Positions 1-14,802 of a stretch of DNA of 64,000 nucleotides are shown here, piece by piece. This stretch comes from the human T2T-CHM13v2.0 reference genome, Homo sapiens: NCBI RefSeq assembly GCF_009914755.1, contig NC_060930.1; one strand, given 5' to 3'. The position numbers and the translations under genes were made by a program. Position 1 is the stretch's first letter; each line of letters starts with the position of its first letter. Below the pieces are notes generated by a model. The model had not been told where the DNA came from. It worked only from the letters and a program-made list of their open reading frames with translations, and ran no database searches.

Positions 1-231
<231 letters not shown>

Positions 232-261
232 TAAAAATAATTTTTAAAAACAGTTGCCCTT

Positions 262-1351
262 CAAGGACTTCATGACTAAAACACCAAAAGCAATGGCAAC
301 GAAAGCTAAAATAGACAAATGGGATCTAATTAAACTAAAGAGCTTCTGCACAGCAAAAGAAACTACCATCAGAGTGAACAGGCAACCTACAGAATGGGAG
401 AAAAATTTTGCAATCTACCCGTATGACAAAGGGCTAATATCCAGAATCTACAAAGAACTTAAACAAATTTACGAGAAAAAAATCAAACAACCCCATCAAA
501 AGGTGGGCAAAGGATATGAACAGACACTTCTCAAAAGAAGACATTTGTGCAGCCAACAGACACATGAAAAAATGCTCACCATCACTGGTCATCAGAGAAA
601 TGCAAATCAAAACCACAATGAGATACCATCTCACACCAGTTAGAATGGCGATCATTAAAAAGTCAGGAAACAACAGGTTCTGGAGAGGATGTGGAGAAAC
701 ATGAACACTTTTACACTGCTGGTGGGAATGTAAACTAGTTCAACCATTGTGGAAGACAGTGTGGTGATTCCTCAAGGATCTAGAACTAGAAATACCATTT
801 GACCCAGCCATCCCATTACTGGCTATATACCCAAAGAATTATAAATCATGCTACTATAAAGACACATACACACATATGTTTATTGCAGCACTATTCACAA
901 TAGCATAGACTTGGAACCAACCCAAATGTCCATCAATGATAGACTGGATTAAGAAAATGTGGCACATATACACCATGGAATACTATGCAGCCATATAAAA
1001 GGATGAGTTCATGTCCTTTGTAGGGACATGGATGAAGCTGGAAACCATCATTCTCAGCAAACTATCACAAGGACAGAAAACCAAACACCGCATGTTCTCA
1101 CTCATAGGTGGGAATTGAACAATGAGAACACTTGGACACAGGGCGGGGAACATCACACACTGGGGCCTGTCGTGGGGTTGGGGGAGGAGGGAGGGACAGC
1201 ATTAGGAGAAATACCTAATGTTAATGACGAGTTAATGGGTGCAGCACACCAACATGGCACATGTATACATACGTAACAAACCTGCACGTTGTGCACATGT
1301 ACCCTAATTTTTTATTATACTTAAAGTATAATAAAATAAATAAATAAATAG
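262..1351 (+). mobile_element. 5'-truncated LINE-1, L1PA5-like (ORF2 C-terminus, 3'UTR, A tail)
   Basis: ORF2 peptides [20 protein letters not shown] and [10 protein letters not shown]; L1PA 3'UTR; TSD agttgccctt at 252-261 and 1352-1361. Confidence 0.93.
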
Positions 1352-1914
1352 AGTTGCCCTTAACTTTGGGTATAGTAAATAATTGATTTGCTCATACCTT
1401 GCAGTGTCACTGTATTCATATGCAATATTGACCCAGTAGTTTGCAAACCTTGGTTTCAATACCCAGGTTAAATATCCCTTCTTAAAGATGCCAAGATGAA
1501 GATTTGTATAATTCTCTCTTCATCCTCCAAGCTGACAATACTGAGGAGGCCATTGGGCATCAAATAATGGACCCCTCATGGATATTATGAAAGTCATCTT
1601 TTTATCCCTCTAAACAGTTGGTGAATAGTGTGTGTAAGACTATCAGAGAAGAATTGGGATTTTGTGAAATTGAGCATGTTGTTTCAAACATTTATGTCCA
1701 TTAGGCATATGGTCTCAAAAGGTATCCTATCTTCCTAGCTGAGCAATTATGCAGATTATGGGGTTCACAGAGTGTTCATTGAGAGAGACCCAGGGATGAG
1801 GAGCCAATTCAGTAGATGCCACAGTAGTGGCATCAAGAATGATTCCCCCAAGCAATAACCAAGTGAGGAAAAAATGTGAGAAATACACTTATTGGGACAG
1901 ACCAGGCTGGAAAA

Positions 1915-2170
1915 ATCATTCCAGGCAGAGAAAGGTTGGTAAGCAAAAGCCTAGAAGCATAAAACTGCATGGAGCATTCCAGAATGACAGTATTTCAGAG
2001 TGACCAGAGAAGAAGAGGCTGTACTAGTACGCAAGGGCCAGATCCTGGGGGACATTGTAAGCCTGTTAGGGTATGAGACATGTATCAGGAAGGCAGAGGA
2101 GGGCCATGGAATAGTTGTAAGAATAGGAATTCCATGATCTGACTTGTGTCTTAAAAAGAGGATTCTATTC
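1915..2170 (-). mobile_element. L2 remnant
   Basis: Degenerate L2-like text (ccaggcagag...gggccagatcctggggg...atgatctgacttgtgtcttaaaaag); ends approximate. Confidence 0.5.
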
Positions 2171-2689
2171 CTTACACATTGTGGGAGTAAGATGTAAGTT
2201 GATAAAATTTTCCTGGAGGGGCATCAGGCATGAAAGATTTTTGAAGGGGCAGGAAAAGGATTCTTCTGTGTTCAGTCTAACACTCCCCCTGGGTTATCTT
2301 CAAACATTTTCATTGTCTAAGCTATTTGACAACTCTGTAATTTGTAGAAAATTGACAATAAGGAAAATTATTTTTGCCTATAGGAATAAAAATTAGTCAT
2401 GTCCAGTAGAATATAATTGGTTATTGATCCATTTTGCATCTATCTATAAATTTGTAAATTCTTTCATCATTTATTATTTGACTATAGATGTATGGTACTT
2501 CATTATTTGACTATATGTATGGCTACTTTATACATATATACTTTGAACTTGGTTACTACATTACTGGTTCTTCATTAATTAATAAATTTTTTAAAATTTC
2601 TAACATGTTTATTTTATATCTATATGAGTGCTGTTATTATAGCCTTCCTTTAAAAAACTACCCTTCAACAATAATTTAGCAATATATAT

Positions 2690-4165
<1,476 letters not shown>

Positions 4166-4743
4166 GCAGGTTGGTTATTCATTAGATGGTGAGGAATGAG
4201 AGAGGAAAGGGAAGATTCACAAGACAACTTTCTTATTTCTGGACTGCAGGAGTGGATGGTTGTACCAATTGCAAGATAGAATATCCGAGGGGAAAGATTG
4301 AGATGGACTAGCCAGGTGGAGATTGATATAGTTAGTTGGATATATGGACCCAGAGCTCAAGACAGAAATCTTGCTCCAAATCTAGTGAAATTGGCAGCCC
4401 TGGAAAAAACAACCTGTACTAAACCTTCAGGGGTTGAGCTGCCCTGGGGATCTGCATTCCACTCAATCACTCTCCTTTACCCATTGTTGGACTTCCTGAC
4501 CTCCTGTTAGGAAGCCAGCTATAGCACAAAGCTCACCTGCTTTTATAAAAAGAGCTTTTTAGAAGAGTATATTCTGACATATTTGTATAAGAAATTATAT
4601 ATTATTTGAGATTAGATTCAAAATATTGCACAGAAGTGAAGGGAAATAGGTGCAGAGATAGATGAAACAAGACAGCTTTTAGTGGTCACTGATTAACCTG
4701 AGTGATAGGTACTCACTGATGGGTTTATTATAATATTCCCTCT

Positions 4744-4745
4744 AC

Positions 4746-4793
<48 letters not shown>

Positions 4794-4978
4794 CCATATA
4801 TATATATGACCATATATATATACATGACCATATATATACATATGACCATATGTATATGACCATATATATGTGTATGTATATGTATATATGTATATGTGTG
4901 TATATATACATATACATGTGTATATATATGTGTATATATATATATGACCATATATATGGACATATATATATATATATA
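4744..4978. repeat. Compound (TA)n microsatellite with six tgacca interruptions
   Basis: Pure AT run about 4756-4791, then repeated tgaccatatata units and TG/CA variants. Confidence 0.95.
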
Positions 4979-5764
4979 ATTGAAAGTTTCCCTAACACAA
5001 AGTTTTTTCAAAATACTGCTGCCCAGCCCTCACCCCCAAGCAATTAAATAAACCAGAAATCCTGGAGTTAGGGTTAGGTAACAGTAGAGTTTAAAACTCT
5101 GTCAGGTGATGCCATCATACAGCCAGATTGAGAATTGCTGTTAGTCAAGCTTTAGTTTATCACTGTGCCTCCTGTCATTGCATCATTGCTACCATGCTCT
5201 CCCTTGCACCCAGCCTCAGTCACCTGCTTCTGAGCCTGTCCACAAATCCTTGCTATCTTAGATCTAGCCTCCTTCAATGGTTCATTCAGAATCCTAGCAA
5301 GGAAAGTGGAAAATGAAAATAGAAGAAGACAGATTTTTAAAATATATTGTGAATTCCCCAGTGTTTATTAATTTGAATCACATGATGTCTATCAACACAG
5401 CACAATGTCAATTTGCTCCTGCTCAGGCACAAGCCTCTCTGTGCTTTGAAGACCAGACACCAGGTTTGCTCCAACCAGCTCAATCCCAACCACAGGATTG
5501 GAACATGCCTACCTTGAAGCACAGATCCTGTTTCAGAAAGCTTTCAATGGCTGTTTAACTGGTTCCAGCATGTCTCCATTGAGAGGGCACCCGTGTTGTG
5601 CACCAGAAGGAAGCCAGATTTAGGTTTGCAGACCAATAAGCTCTGTGATTCAAGGAAGTTGTCTTACTGGTATGAATCTAGTTCCTACATCAGTATAAGG
5701 GGTAAAGCACATTTTAAAGGCTTGAGGAACAACTTAAAAGAAAATACTATTTAGGGTGCCTGAT

Positions 5765-6062
5765 GGCTCTGCACAGTAGCTCACACCTGTAATCCCAGCA
5801 CTTTGGGAGGCTGAGGTGGGCATATCATCTGAGGTTGGGAATTTGAGCCCAGCCTGGCCAACACGGTGAAACCCTGTCTCTACTAAAAATTCAAAAATTA
5901 ATGAGGTGTGATCGTGCACACCCGTAATCCCAGCTACTCGGGAGGCTGAGGTATGAGAATCGCTAGAACCTGGCAGGTGGAGGTTGAAGTGAGCCAAGTT
6001 CGCACCACTGCACTCCAGTGTGAGCACCAGAGTGAGACTCTGTCTCAAAAAAAAAAAAAAAA
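5765..6062 (+). mobile_element. Alu (S/J-type)
   Basis: Dimeric Alu with tactaaaaat linker and A tail. Confidence 0.92.
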
Positions 6063-6071
6063 GTACCAGAT

Positions 6072-6378
6072 GTCTGGGCATGGTGGCTCACACCTGTAAT
6101 TCCAGCACTTTGGGAGGGCTAGGTGGGAGGATTGCTTGAGCTCAGAAGTTCAAGACCACCCCAGACAACATAGTGAGACCGCATCTCTACTAAAAATTTA
6201 AAAATATAGTTGGGCATGTTGGCATGTGCCTATGGTCCCAGCTATTCGGGAGACTGGGGCAAGGAATCGCTGGAGTCCAGGAGTTCAGGTCTACAGTGTG
6301 CTATGATCACGCCACTGCACTCCAGCCTGGGCAATAGAGTGGAACCTGGTCTCAAAAAATAATAAAAATAATAATAAA
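6072..6378 (+). mobile_element. AluJ
   Basis: AluJ diagnostics ggaggattgcttgagc and ctatgatcacgccactg; tandem with previous Alu. Confidence 0.9.
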
Positions 6379-7019
6379 GTACCTGAGAAGTTACTTGTAG
6401 GATTTCAAGAATCATTTGCTCCCTCTCCTTTTCCTGCTCCTTTTTTCATGATACCATCATAAGGTCATAGCAGTTCCGAGAACTTTCTGGCAACTGGTTT
6501 CTCTAGAAGGAGGACCGTGGGAGGAAAGCACTTTCCAGACCTAAGTTTAAATGCAATCCTCAGGCCAGCCTCTAATAATTCCATGGCCTCCCCACAGCGA
6601 CCCTGGACTACTGAACACTTGCCTTTCCCTTCCCCAAAGTCGACCTTCTCCTAAATCTGCAACTCTGGAAAAGACTCACCCTTGGAAGCCAGATAACATG
6701 GTAAATACTTTGCCTAAGGTTTTAACAATGTTTCCAGTAAATTAATTTCATATGAGGAAGGAAAGAACTTATTAAAGGAGATGTTCAAAGAACATAGGAA
6801 ATCACATGTTTGCCCACAGCAAATACCCCTAGCCCTGGAGCCCCTCTCTCTAGATCACCATGCCTAAACACACAGCCAAGTTCAAAATCACACATCACAA
6901 TGCACCATGTGGTTTTGTGCACTCACCCCTGAGTTCCTGGATTAATATGGGAATTATTATTGCACCTACTCTTTGGCATCCACTGCTCTTCCTTGGAAGC
7001 CTGGTTCCCAAAATTTTTT

Positions 7020-7240
7020 TTACATTTACAGTTTTTATAGGGGATATTACAAAGGATACAAATGAATAGCCAGATGAAGAGATACACTGGGCAAGGAATG
7101 TGGGGCAGGGCACAGAGCTCTGATGCCCTCTCTGGATGCTCTATCCTCCAGACATTCCCACGTGTTCATCAGTTTGGAAGCTCTCTGAACCCCATAATTG
7201 AGGAATTTTATGGAGCCTTCATCATGGAGGCATTGTCAAT
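7020..7240 (-). mobile_element. MER21-like LTR fragment
   Basis: gatattacaaaggatac...gatgaagagatac...cacgtgttcatc...ggaagctctctgaacc...tttatggagccttcatc matches remembered MER21 consensus. Confidence 0.65.
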
Positions 7241-8328
7241 TTTTTAATTGTTTTGGGTACATAGTAGGTGTATATATTTATGGGATACATGAGATATTTT
7301 GTAACTGGCATACAATACATAATAATCATATCAGGGTAAAGCAGGTATCCATCATCTCAAGAATGTATCATTTCTTATATTACAAACATTCCAATTATAC
7401 TCTTTTAGTTATTTTTAAATGTACAACAAATTATTTTTTACTGTAGTCACCCTGTTGTGTTATCAAGTACTAGACCATATTCATTCTATCTAGTATATTT
7501 TTGTACCCATTAACGAACACCACTTGACAACCCCCTCCCTCACAACTACCCTTCCCAGCCTCTGGTAACCATCATTATACTCTCTGCCTCCATAAAAGTT
7601 CAATTGTTTTCATTTTTAGCTCCCACAAACAAGTGAGAACATGCAAAGTTTGTCTTTCTGTGCCTGGCTTATTTCACTTAACATAATGCCCTCCAGTTCC
7701 ATCCATGTTGTTGCAAATGACAGAATCTCATTCTTTTATATGGCTGAATAGTACTGCATTGTGTATATGTGCCACATTTTCTTTATTCATTCATCTGTTG
7801 ATGGACATTTAGGTTGCTTCCAAATCTTGGCTATTGTTAATAGTACTGCAATAAACATAATAGTGCAGATATCTCTTTTATATACTGACTTCCTTTCTTG
7901 GTGAGATATACCTAGGAGTAAGATTGCTGGATCATATGGTAGGTCTACTTTTAGTTTTTTGAGGAACCTCCATACTGTCCTCCATAGTGGTTGTACTCAT
8001 TGACATTCCCACCAACAGTGTAGGAGGGTTCCCTTTTCTCCACATGCTCACCAGCATTCATTATTAAAAGTTATTTTCACTGTGGCGAGATGACATCTCA
8101 TTGTAGTTTTTATTTGCATTTCATTGATGATCAATAATTTTGAGCACATTTTCATATACCTGTTTTCCATTTGTATGTCTCTTTTTGAGAAATATCTATT
8201 CAGATCTTTTGCCTATTTTTAAATTGGATTGTTAGATTTTTCCCCCATTGAGTTGCTTGAGCTACTTACATATTCTGATTATTAATTCTTTGTTAGATGG
8301 ATAGTTTGCAAAAATTTTCTCCCATTCT
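7241..8328 (-). mobile_element. L1MA (MA2/MA3-like) 3' portion
   Basis: Antisense L1MA 3'UTR (gggtacatagtaggtgtatatatttatggg) continuing into the ORF2 end. Confidence 0.85.
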
Positions 8329-9101
8329 AAGGAAGATCTACACAGACACTCATAATTACGGCAAAATTAGCAGATAAAATTGAACAATATTGGTCCATAA
8401 GAGAAAATCTGCTTGTATGTGTCTGGCATTTTAGGTATACTTACAGGCCAGATGACTCTCCTGGCTTCCCTGTGCATCCACTCCCCACGATGAGGATACA
8501 ATTCTACTGAGGTTGAGTATACACACAAGGGAATTACATTCACATTGATCTATGAGACCAATCCATGTTTACTGGCTTATCCCACAGGAAGGCTGGTTTA
8601 AGCATTTGACACTCACATTGCTCAGTTCCCTATTTGTGGTGGGGCAAGGCTGAACTAAACTTGTTGTCAGCCAAGAGAGCTGTGGCAATGCCCATGGGTA
8701 ATCCAAGCTAAATTCAACTAGGAGAGGGGAGAGTCTAAGCACTGGGCAACCAAACTGAACACCAACTCCAGATGCAGAATCCGAGCAGAGTAAATAGACA
8801 GGAGTTCAAAATTTGGCAAAGAGAAGACCAAAGCAAAAGAAACTGATTCCAAGCAAAGAGGCCCATGCAGTGACCTCAAAGAGTTCTGGGATATTCTTGG
8901 ATTCATAGAGTGTATTTAGTCACCCTGGCTTAAAGGGCAGGAGGGAGGTTCCATACCAATTTAGGAAACAGCTATCCTTAAAGATTTCCTTGCTACTGAT
9001 TTGATGATACCAAATGTGTCTGTCTGAGCTGTCTTCTTTTCTCCCAGCCACATTTACCCAAAGTGTATATTTTCATATTTATAAAATAATAATAATAGTA
9101 A

Positions 9102-9455
<354 letters not shown>

Positions 9456-11407
9456 AGGACTTCATATTTCACATATATCTGATATGCACAACTACACTGA
9501 AGTGAGCCTAGCAGGCTTCACTGTTCACACTTTACAGATGTGAAAACACATCCTAATCACACAATTCAGCCATGGAGTTGACTGGAGTCCAGACCTCCTG
9601 GGCCTCCTGAACATCATCTAACTCAACAAAGGGCTAGAGCTTAGAAATCCTGGACAACTGCATATTGTCATATTAACATATTGACAACAAACAACATAAA
9701 ACAAAGCAATGACTTTATCTTTAATGTATCAGCATTTTGCCTGTGGTTTTGGTAGATACTGGGTTGTAGTAACACAAGTTTGACCTTTGATTGGCACCTG
9801 AAGTATCAATATACCTACTCTGATTGATGAGAGCTACATATCCTCATTCTCCACCCCATCTAATAGACAACAAAGTGACATTCCTGACTACTAACCTTTG
9901 TAGTAAGGCCTAAGTAAAGGGCTTTATGACCTCCTCTGGAAACAGGCTACAGGGGTTCTGACCAAAGGGACACAATTTTATCCTCAAACAACATCACATT
10001 AGGTCAGAAAAAGAATATTGTCCTTCCTTTCACTGAAGAGAAAAATATACACACACACACAAAAAAAACAGAAACAAAAGCATACATGTTCCATAAAAGT
10101 AAGCCACCACCACCAAAGTACTAACTCTAACTACAGTTGTGTTTGTGATGTCTTCTTTCTCTCCATCAACATTGCTTTATATTTTATTAAACTTGATTTC
10201 ACCTCCACTAACAGGTTGGCAATTTGGGGAAGAAACAGTATGGTATTCACCAAGGTCCAGCCTCACTCAAAGATGATTTGGCACATTCCATTTGAGTCGG
10301 TCATTTAGGGTAAAATTGTATAAACACATCTCTTGGTTTCATCTGAAACAGGTTCTTCCACTTGTCTTTGTCCCAAGTCAGCTGAAGAAAATCCAAACAT
10401 TGTTCTTAAACACTGCAAGGCCCTGAAAAGGACAGCTTTAATAGATCCAACCAATTCTTGACTTGAAGAAGGCCAAAAGAGAATACTGTACCATTTCAAA
10501 CAAAACAGCTTCTGGAACACAACCACATTGATCTCTCTCTCTCTCTCCAGCAAGTAGTTTTTATAAGAACCTTGAACATATACGTCTAACACAAATTATC
10601 TGGTTCTTAATAAAGTACTGGCATATTTAGATTTCTGCAGTACAGTTTTACCATTATAAAGAGTTCAATAACTTTTTTCTGTGATATGAGTCCCCAGAAC
10701 CTCTGGGTGAACACAGCTGGCGTGGAGATGTTACATGCGAGTTGTCCAAAGTTAACAGCTATTGGAATTTTTTATTTACTTTCTTCTTCTGTTTGAGTGT
10801 ACTTAATGCTATTAAAGTTCTGTCTGGAAGCAAAAAGAGCATAAAAGTGGCCACTTCAGAAAAGCAATTTGGCCATTTGTGACAACAGCTGCCTGATATT
10901 GTACTTTATTTAATTGGAAAAGGATGCAAGAAGTCTTCGAGGCATTAAAGAAACTCAAAGTTTGGAAAGATCATAGGAATTTTCTCTGTTATTTTCTTCT
11001 GTTTAAATTACCATTATTAAGCAATTTCTTGAGTATCAACAATATACTAGATATTTTCTAAATTATTTGAAATGAGTTGATTACGGAAAAATCATTTAAA
11101 CTCTTTTGGAAGGTCTCCCAGTGAACCTTCCAAACCATGTGTTCAGCTGACAGGGTGACACTGTCATTAAGAGGGTCCCACAAGAGCTGTGAAGTCAAAG
11201 CCAAGCTCCTGAGCTTCTACCCTCCAGCCCCAGTTTCACTCCAAAAACTCCTCCACCACTTGATCTTTCAACCACAGCAAACTGCTGATCCCAGTACTTG
11301 GTTCCCTCTCATTTCCCAGCCTTGGCACTGGTTCTTCTCCTTCCTTGGCATATCCCTCCCAGCTGGTCTTCCTGGTGAACTTCTTATCCTTTAAAACTCA
11401 AGAATCA

Positions 11408-11981
11408 GATCCAGCAATTACATTTCTTGGTATATGCCCAAAAGAATTGAAAGTAATGACTCAAGCAGATATGTGTACACCCATGTTCATAGCAGCATTC
11501 TTCACATAGCCAAAAGGTGGAAACAACCTACATGTCCATTGACATATGAATGGATAAACAAGATGTAGCGTATACCTACAATGAAATATTATCCAGCCAC
11601 AAAAAGAAATTCTAACACAGGCAACAACATGCATGAAACTTGAGGACATTGTGCTAAGTGAAATAAGCCAGTCACACAAAAAAAGACAAACATGGTGTTA
11701 TTCCACTTATAGAAGGTACCTAGAGGTAGTCAGATTCATAGAGACAAAAAAGTAGAATGATGGTTTCCAGAGGCTGAGGGATTAGGGAAATGGGGAGTCA
11801 TTGTTTAAAGGATGTAGAATTTTGATTTTGCAAGATGAAAGTGCTTTGTAGATGGATGGGGATGACAGTGGTACAACACTGTGAATAAAATTAGTGCCAC
11901 TGAACTGTACACTTAAAAATGGTTAAGATGGTAAATTTTGTAGTTTGTACTTTATCAAAATTTTAAAAAATAATAAAATAA
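11408..11981 (+). mobile_element. L1MB 3' end
   Basis: gatccagcaatt...ctgaactgtacacttaaaaatggttaagatggtaaattt plus A-rich tail; TSD aaaactcaag(a/c)atca at 11393-11407 and 11982-11996. Confidence 0.85.
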
Positions 11982-12179
11982 AAAACTCAAGCATCAACAT
12001 TTCTGTGAAAACTTTCCCTGTCCCCAACACCAAGCCGAATTAGTCTTTCCTTCCTCTTCATCTCCAGTGATAATTAAAACAGTACTAATTAAAATTATTT
12101 GTCTGAATGCCCTTCTTCCTTTCCAACTAGAAGCTCCTTCAGAGTCAAGACTTTGTCTTTTTCATCTTTATCTTGCATG

Positions 12180-12520
12180 GTCATCACTAGGACAATTCAC
12201 AAATATCCAGCTCTCTCCTTCCTGGTGAATGATAGATGACACTTCACATTTATCCTTGGCCAATGAAGTGTGAGCAGAAATGATGTGCATTTCAGGGCAA
12301 GGGCCTTAAGAATCAACCTGCATTTGTCATGTACTCTTTGCCCTCTGCCAGATAGCGGCTACCGGATCACAATAAGTTCCCAAATGAGGACTAGATGACT
12401 AAGAGTGCCCCTCAGTGGATATGTAGTAAGAACAAGAAATAAATTTTTGTGTTTTAGGCCACCAAAATGTTAATAGTGTTTATTACCATAACTTAGCCTA
12501 ATGTATCTTTACTCATAAAT
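12180..12520 (+). mobile_element. MLT1 (I/J-like) MaLR solo LTR
   Basis: ttggccaatgaagtgtgagcagaaatga and aagaaataaatttttgtgttttaggccac typical of MLT1I/J. Confidence 0.6.
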
Positions 12521-12759
12521 CCATAATGCTTAGGATAGTACTTATATCAATTACTTTTCTTAAAGTCTTAATTGAATAACTTAATGAAGAATAATAAACT
12601 ATCCCTATAAGACTAAAACAAATAGATTTTAAATGCATTGGTAATTCATTTAAACTTAGTTTGTAAATTGAGGTGACCACTTTGGTGATCAAGAGCAGTA
12701 ATAGGATAATGAATCCACAGTTCCATCCCCAGCCCTTTATATCATTACTTATTAATTAT

Positions 12760-12960
12760 AATAATAACTACCACGTGTTGAGTTCTTGTAGCTGTTCAAA
12801 ACTGTATTATAAGCTTACATGCATTACTTTATTTAATAATTACAACAGTTTTATAGATTACAAACCTGAAACTAGAAATCTTAATTAACTTTCCCAAGAC
12901 CACAAAGGTAGGAATTGGCAGAGCCAGGATTTAAAACAGGTCTATCAATTTCCAATGGCT
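12760..12960 (-). mobile_element. MIR
   Basis: taactttcccaagaccaca...ggcagagccaggatttaaaacaggtct. Confidence 0.7.
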
Positions 12961-13039
12961 GTGTTTATAAACTACAGCCCAGCAGATTCCTTTTTTTTTC
13001 CCAACACCCAGGAAAGTTTCTGGGTGAGAAAAACAAGTA

Positions 13040-13488
13040 AAACCGGCAATGAGAAAACTTCATCCATCTGGATGGCAAAAATAAAAAAGTGATGTCATCC
13101 AATGCTGGCAAAGCTGTAAGGAACAGGCATTCTTCCACTGTGGATAGGAGTGTAAAATGCAGCAATATTTTTGGAAAGTAAAGTGGAAACATCTTTTAAA
13201 TAAACCTCTTTGCCCAGGAATCCACTTTGGGAAATCTTATGCTACAAAAAATAAGGACACCAATGTGTACAATGGGATGTTAGGTAATTATTAAACAGAG
13301 TGCATGAGACACATATCCATGTTGCCCAGAGATAAGTCCATGATATAATGTTTATAGTATAATCCATTTTTATAAAGACAAAAGAGAACAATTGTGTATA
13401 TGTTCACATGGGATGTGGAAGGATAGACACAGCTATTGATTGGCTAGCTATCTTGAGGGGATGAGAAAGCAGAGGATGAGGTAATATT
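13040..13488 (+). mobile_element. L1ME fragment
   Basis: Degenerate ORF2-end and 3'UTR text (aatgctggcaaagctgtaaggaacaggcattc...ggagtgtaaaatg). Confidence 0.5.
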
Positions 13489-13499
13489 TTGTACTTTTT

Positions 13500-13574
13500 T
13501 TTTTTTTTTGAGACAGGGTCTCACTTTGTCGCCCAACTTGGAGTGTAGTGGTATGATCACAGCTTATTCTAGCC
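13500..13574 (-). mobile_element. Severely 5'-truncated Alu (~75 bp)
   Basis: T tract plus gagacagggtctcactttgtcgccc; TSD ttgtacttttt at 13489-13499 and 13575-13585. Confidence 0.85.
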
Positions 13575-14802
13575 TTGTACTTTTTCTTTATTTTCTTTAA
13601 ACAGATTTAGATTGTTTCACTTGCTTTTGAGATCTGAAATATTAATCCAGATTAATCCAGACTTTTAAAAGACAGGGATGGCTAATTGGTGAGGACAGTC
13701 CTTCCTATTTCTCTCTGCAGTACAATTGATGTGGAGTGACTGGGCCAACCTCCCTCCCCTCTTCTTCACCCAGAGTCCCCAGTGCGAGTCCCAGGATCAG
13801 ACAGAACTCTGTGATCATGGGTGTCACCTCAGTCAGTACCAGTGGACCAGGGCCCACTCTCCTCCAGTTGCCTCAATGCCTTGAAACTAGACCCCACTCC
13901 CCTTAGCCTTGGTCTCCCAGATGAGACCCTCAGGCCATTCGCTGTTGCCCCTCATCGCAGGGATAGTGCAACACTGGCCCCTACAGACCAAACCAAGCAC
14001 TGCAAACATGCAGCAGAATTCTGATGAAACTACTTTGTTTTTAAATATAAAGCATTAAAGATCAGTCCAACTTTTACTGAATGGAAGTACGGCAAGTAAC
14101 AAATACACAAATATTCTTTTAAAATGCCAATGTCCGTAGATTATAAGAAAGTCAAGCATGCATCCATTAATATAAACTGGAAGTAATCTGATTGATTAAC
14201 CAAATTCTAGAAAAGACAAACCTCATAGGGAGCAATTGTCTTTTAGAAGGTGATGTGGGCAATGATAGTAATGAGATGAGTCTAGAGTGCGGGGTCTTCT
14301 GTGGAGTGGGGCAGGGGCAGGGATAAGGTAAAGGCACATGAGGAAACCGTGTGCCACATAGACTAAGGGGAGGATGTTGAATACAAACTTTATCTACTTA
14401 AAAAAAGAAGGTCTGATTGGTTCTATGTCCCAGAAAGAGGAAGTAACTTTTTTTAATTTCCTCTGTCCTGCACTAAATAACTCTATTCCAGAAATCAGGC
14501 TACTGCTATAACTTGGGCTATCATACGAGTAAATAAGTCCTTGTGAAGATGTTTCTTGACTCATTAACTTTAGGAATGTTATGCATGTGTGTATATTTTT
14601 AATGAATAAATAAGTGAATGAATGACTGTCTTAAGAATATAGTCACCATATTTTTATTAGTAATCTATTGGAAAATGTAAGCTAACTCCCAAACAAATTT
14701 GGGATACAACTCACTCATCAGTGTAAGACCCCTTGTACCAAATGTAATGAATGAGTCATGAGCTACAGAATAATTTGGGGAAAATAACAAAAATATTACC
14801 TT

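Larger units (their letters stand above)
11160..12600 (+). mobile_element. L2 3' remnant interrupted by L1MB and an MLT1 LTR
   Basis: L2-like pieces at about 11160-11400, 11997-12175 (ctagaagctccttcagagtcaagactttgtc) and 12520-12600. Confidence 0.55.

Noticed and set aside
1362-1730. Possible decayed transposase or exon
   Set aside because: No ORF, terminal repeats or motif that I can substantiate.
4693-5047. Tyr/Ile-rich ORFs
   Set aside because: Translation artefacts of the TA microsatellite.
10200-10960. Repeat-free stretch as an enhancer or exon
   Set aside because: Only short generic motifs; needs conservation or chromatin data.
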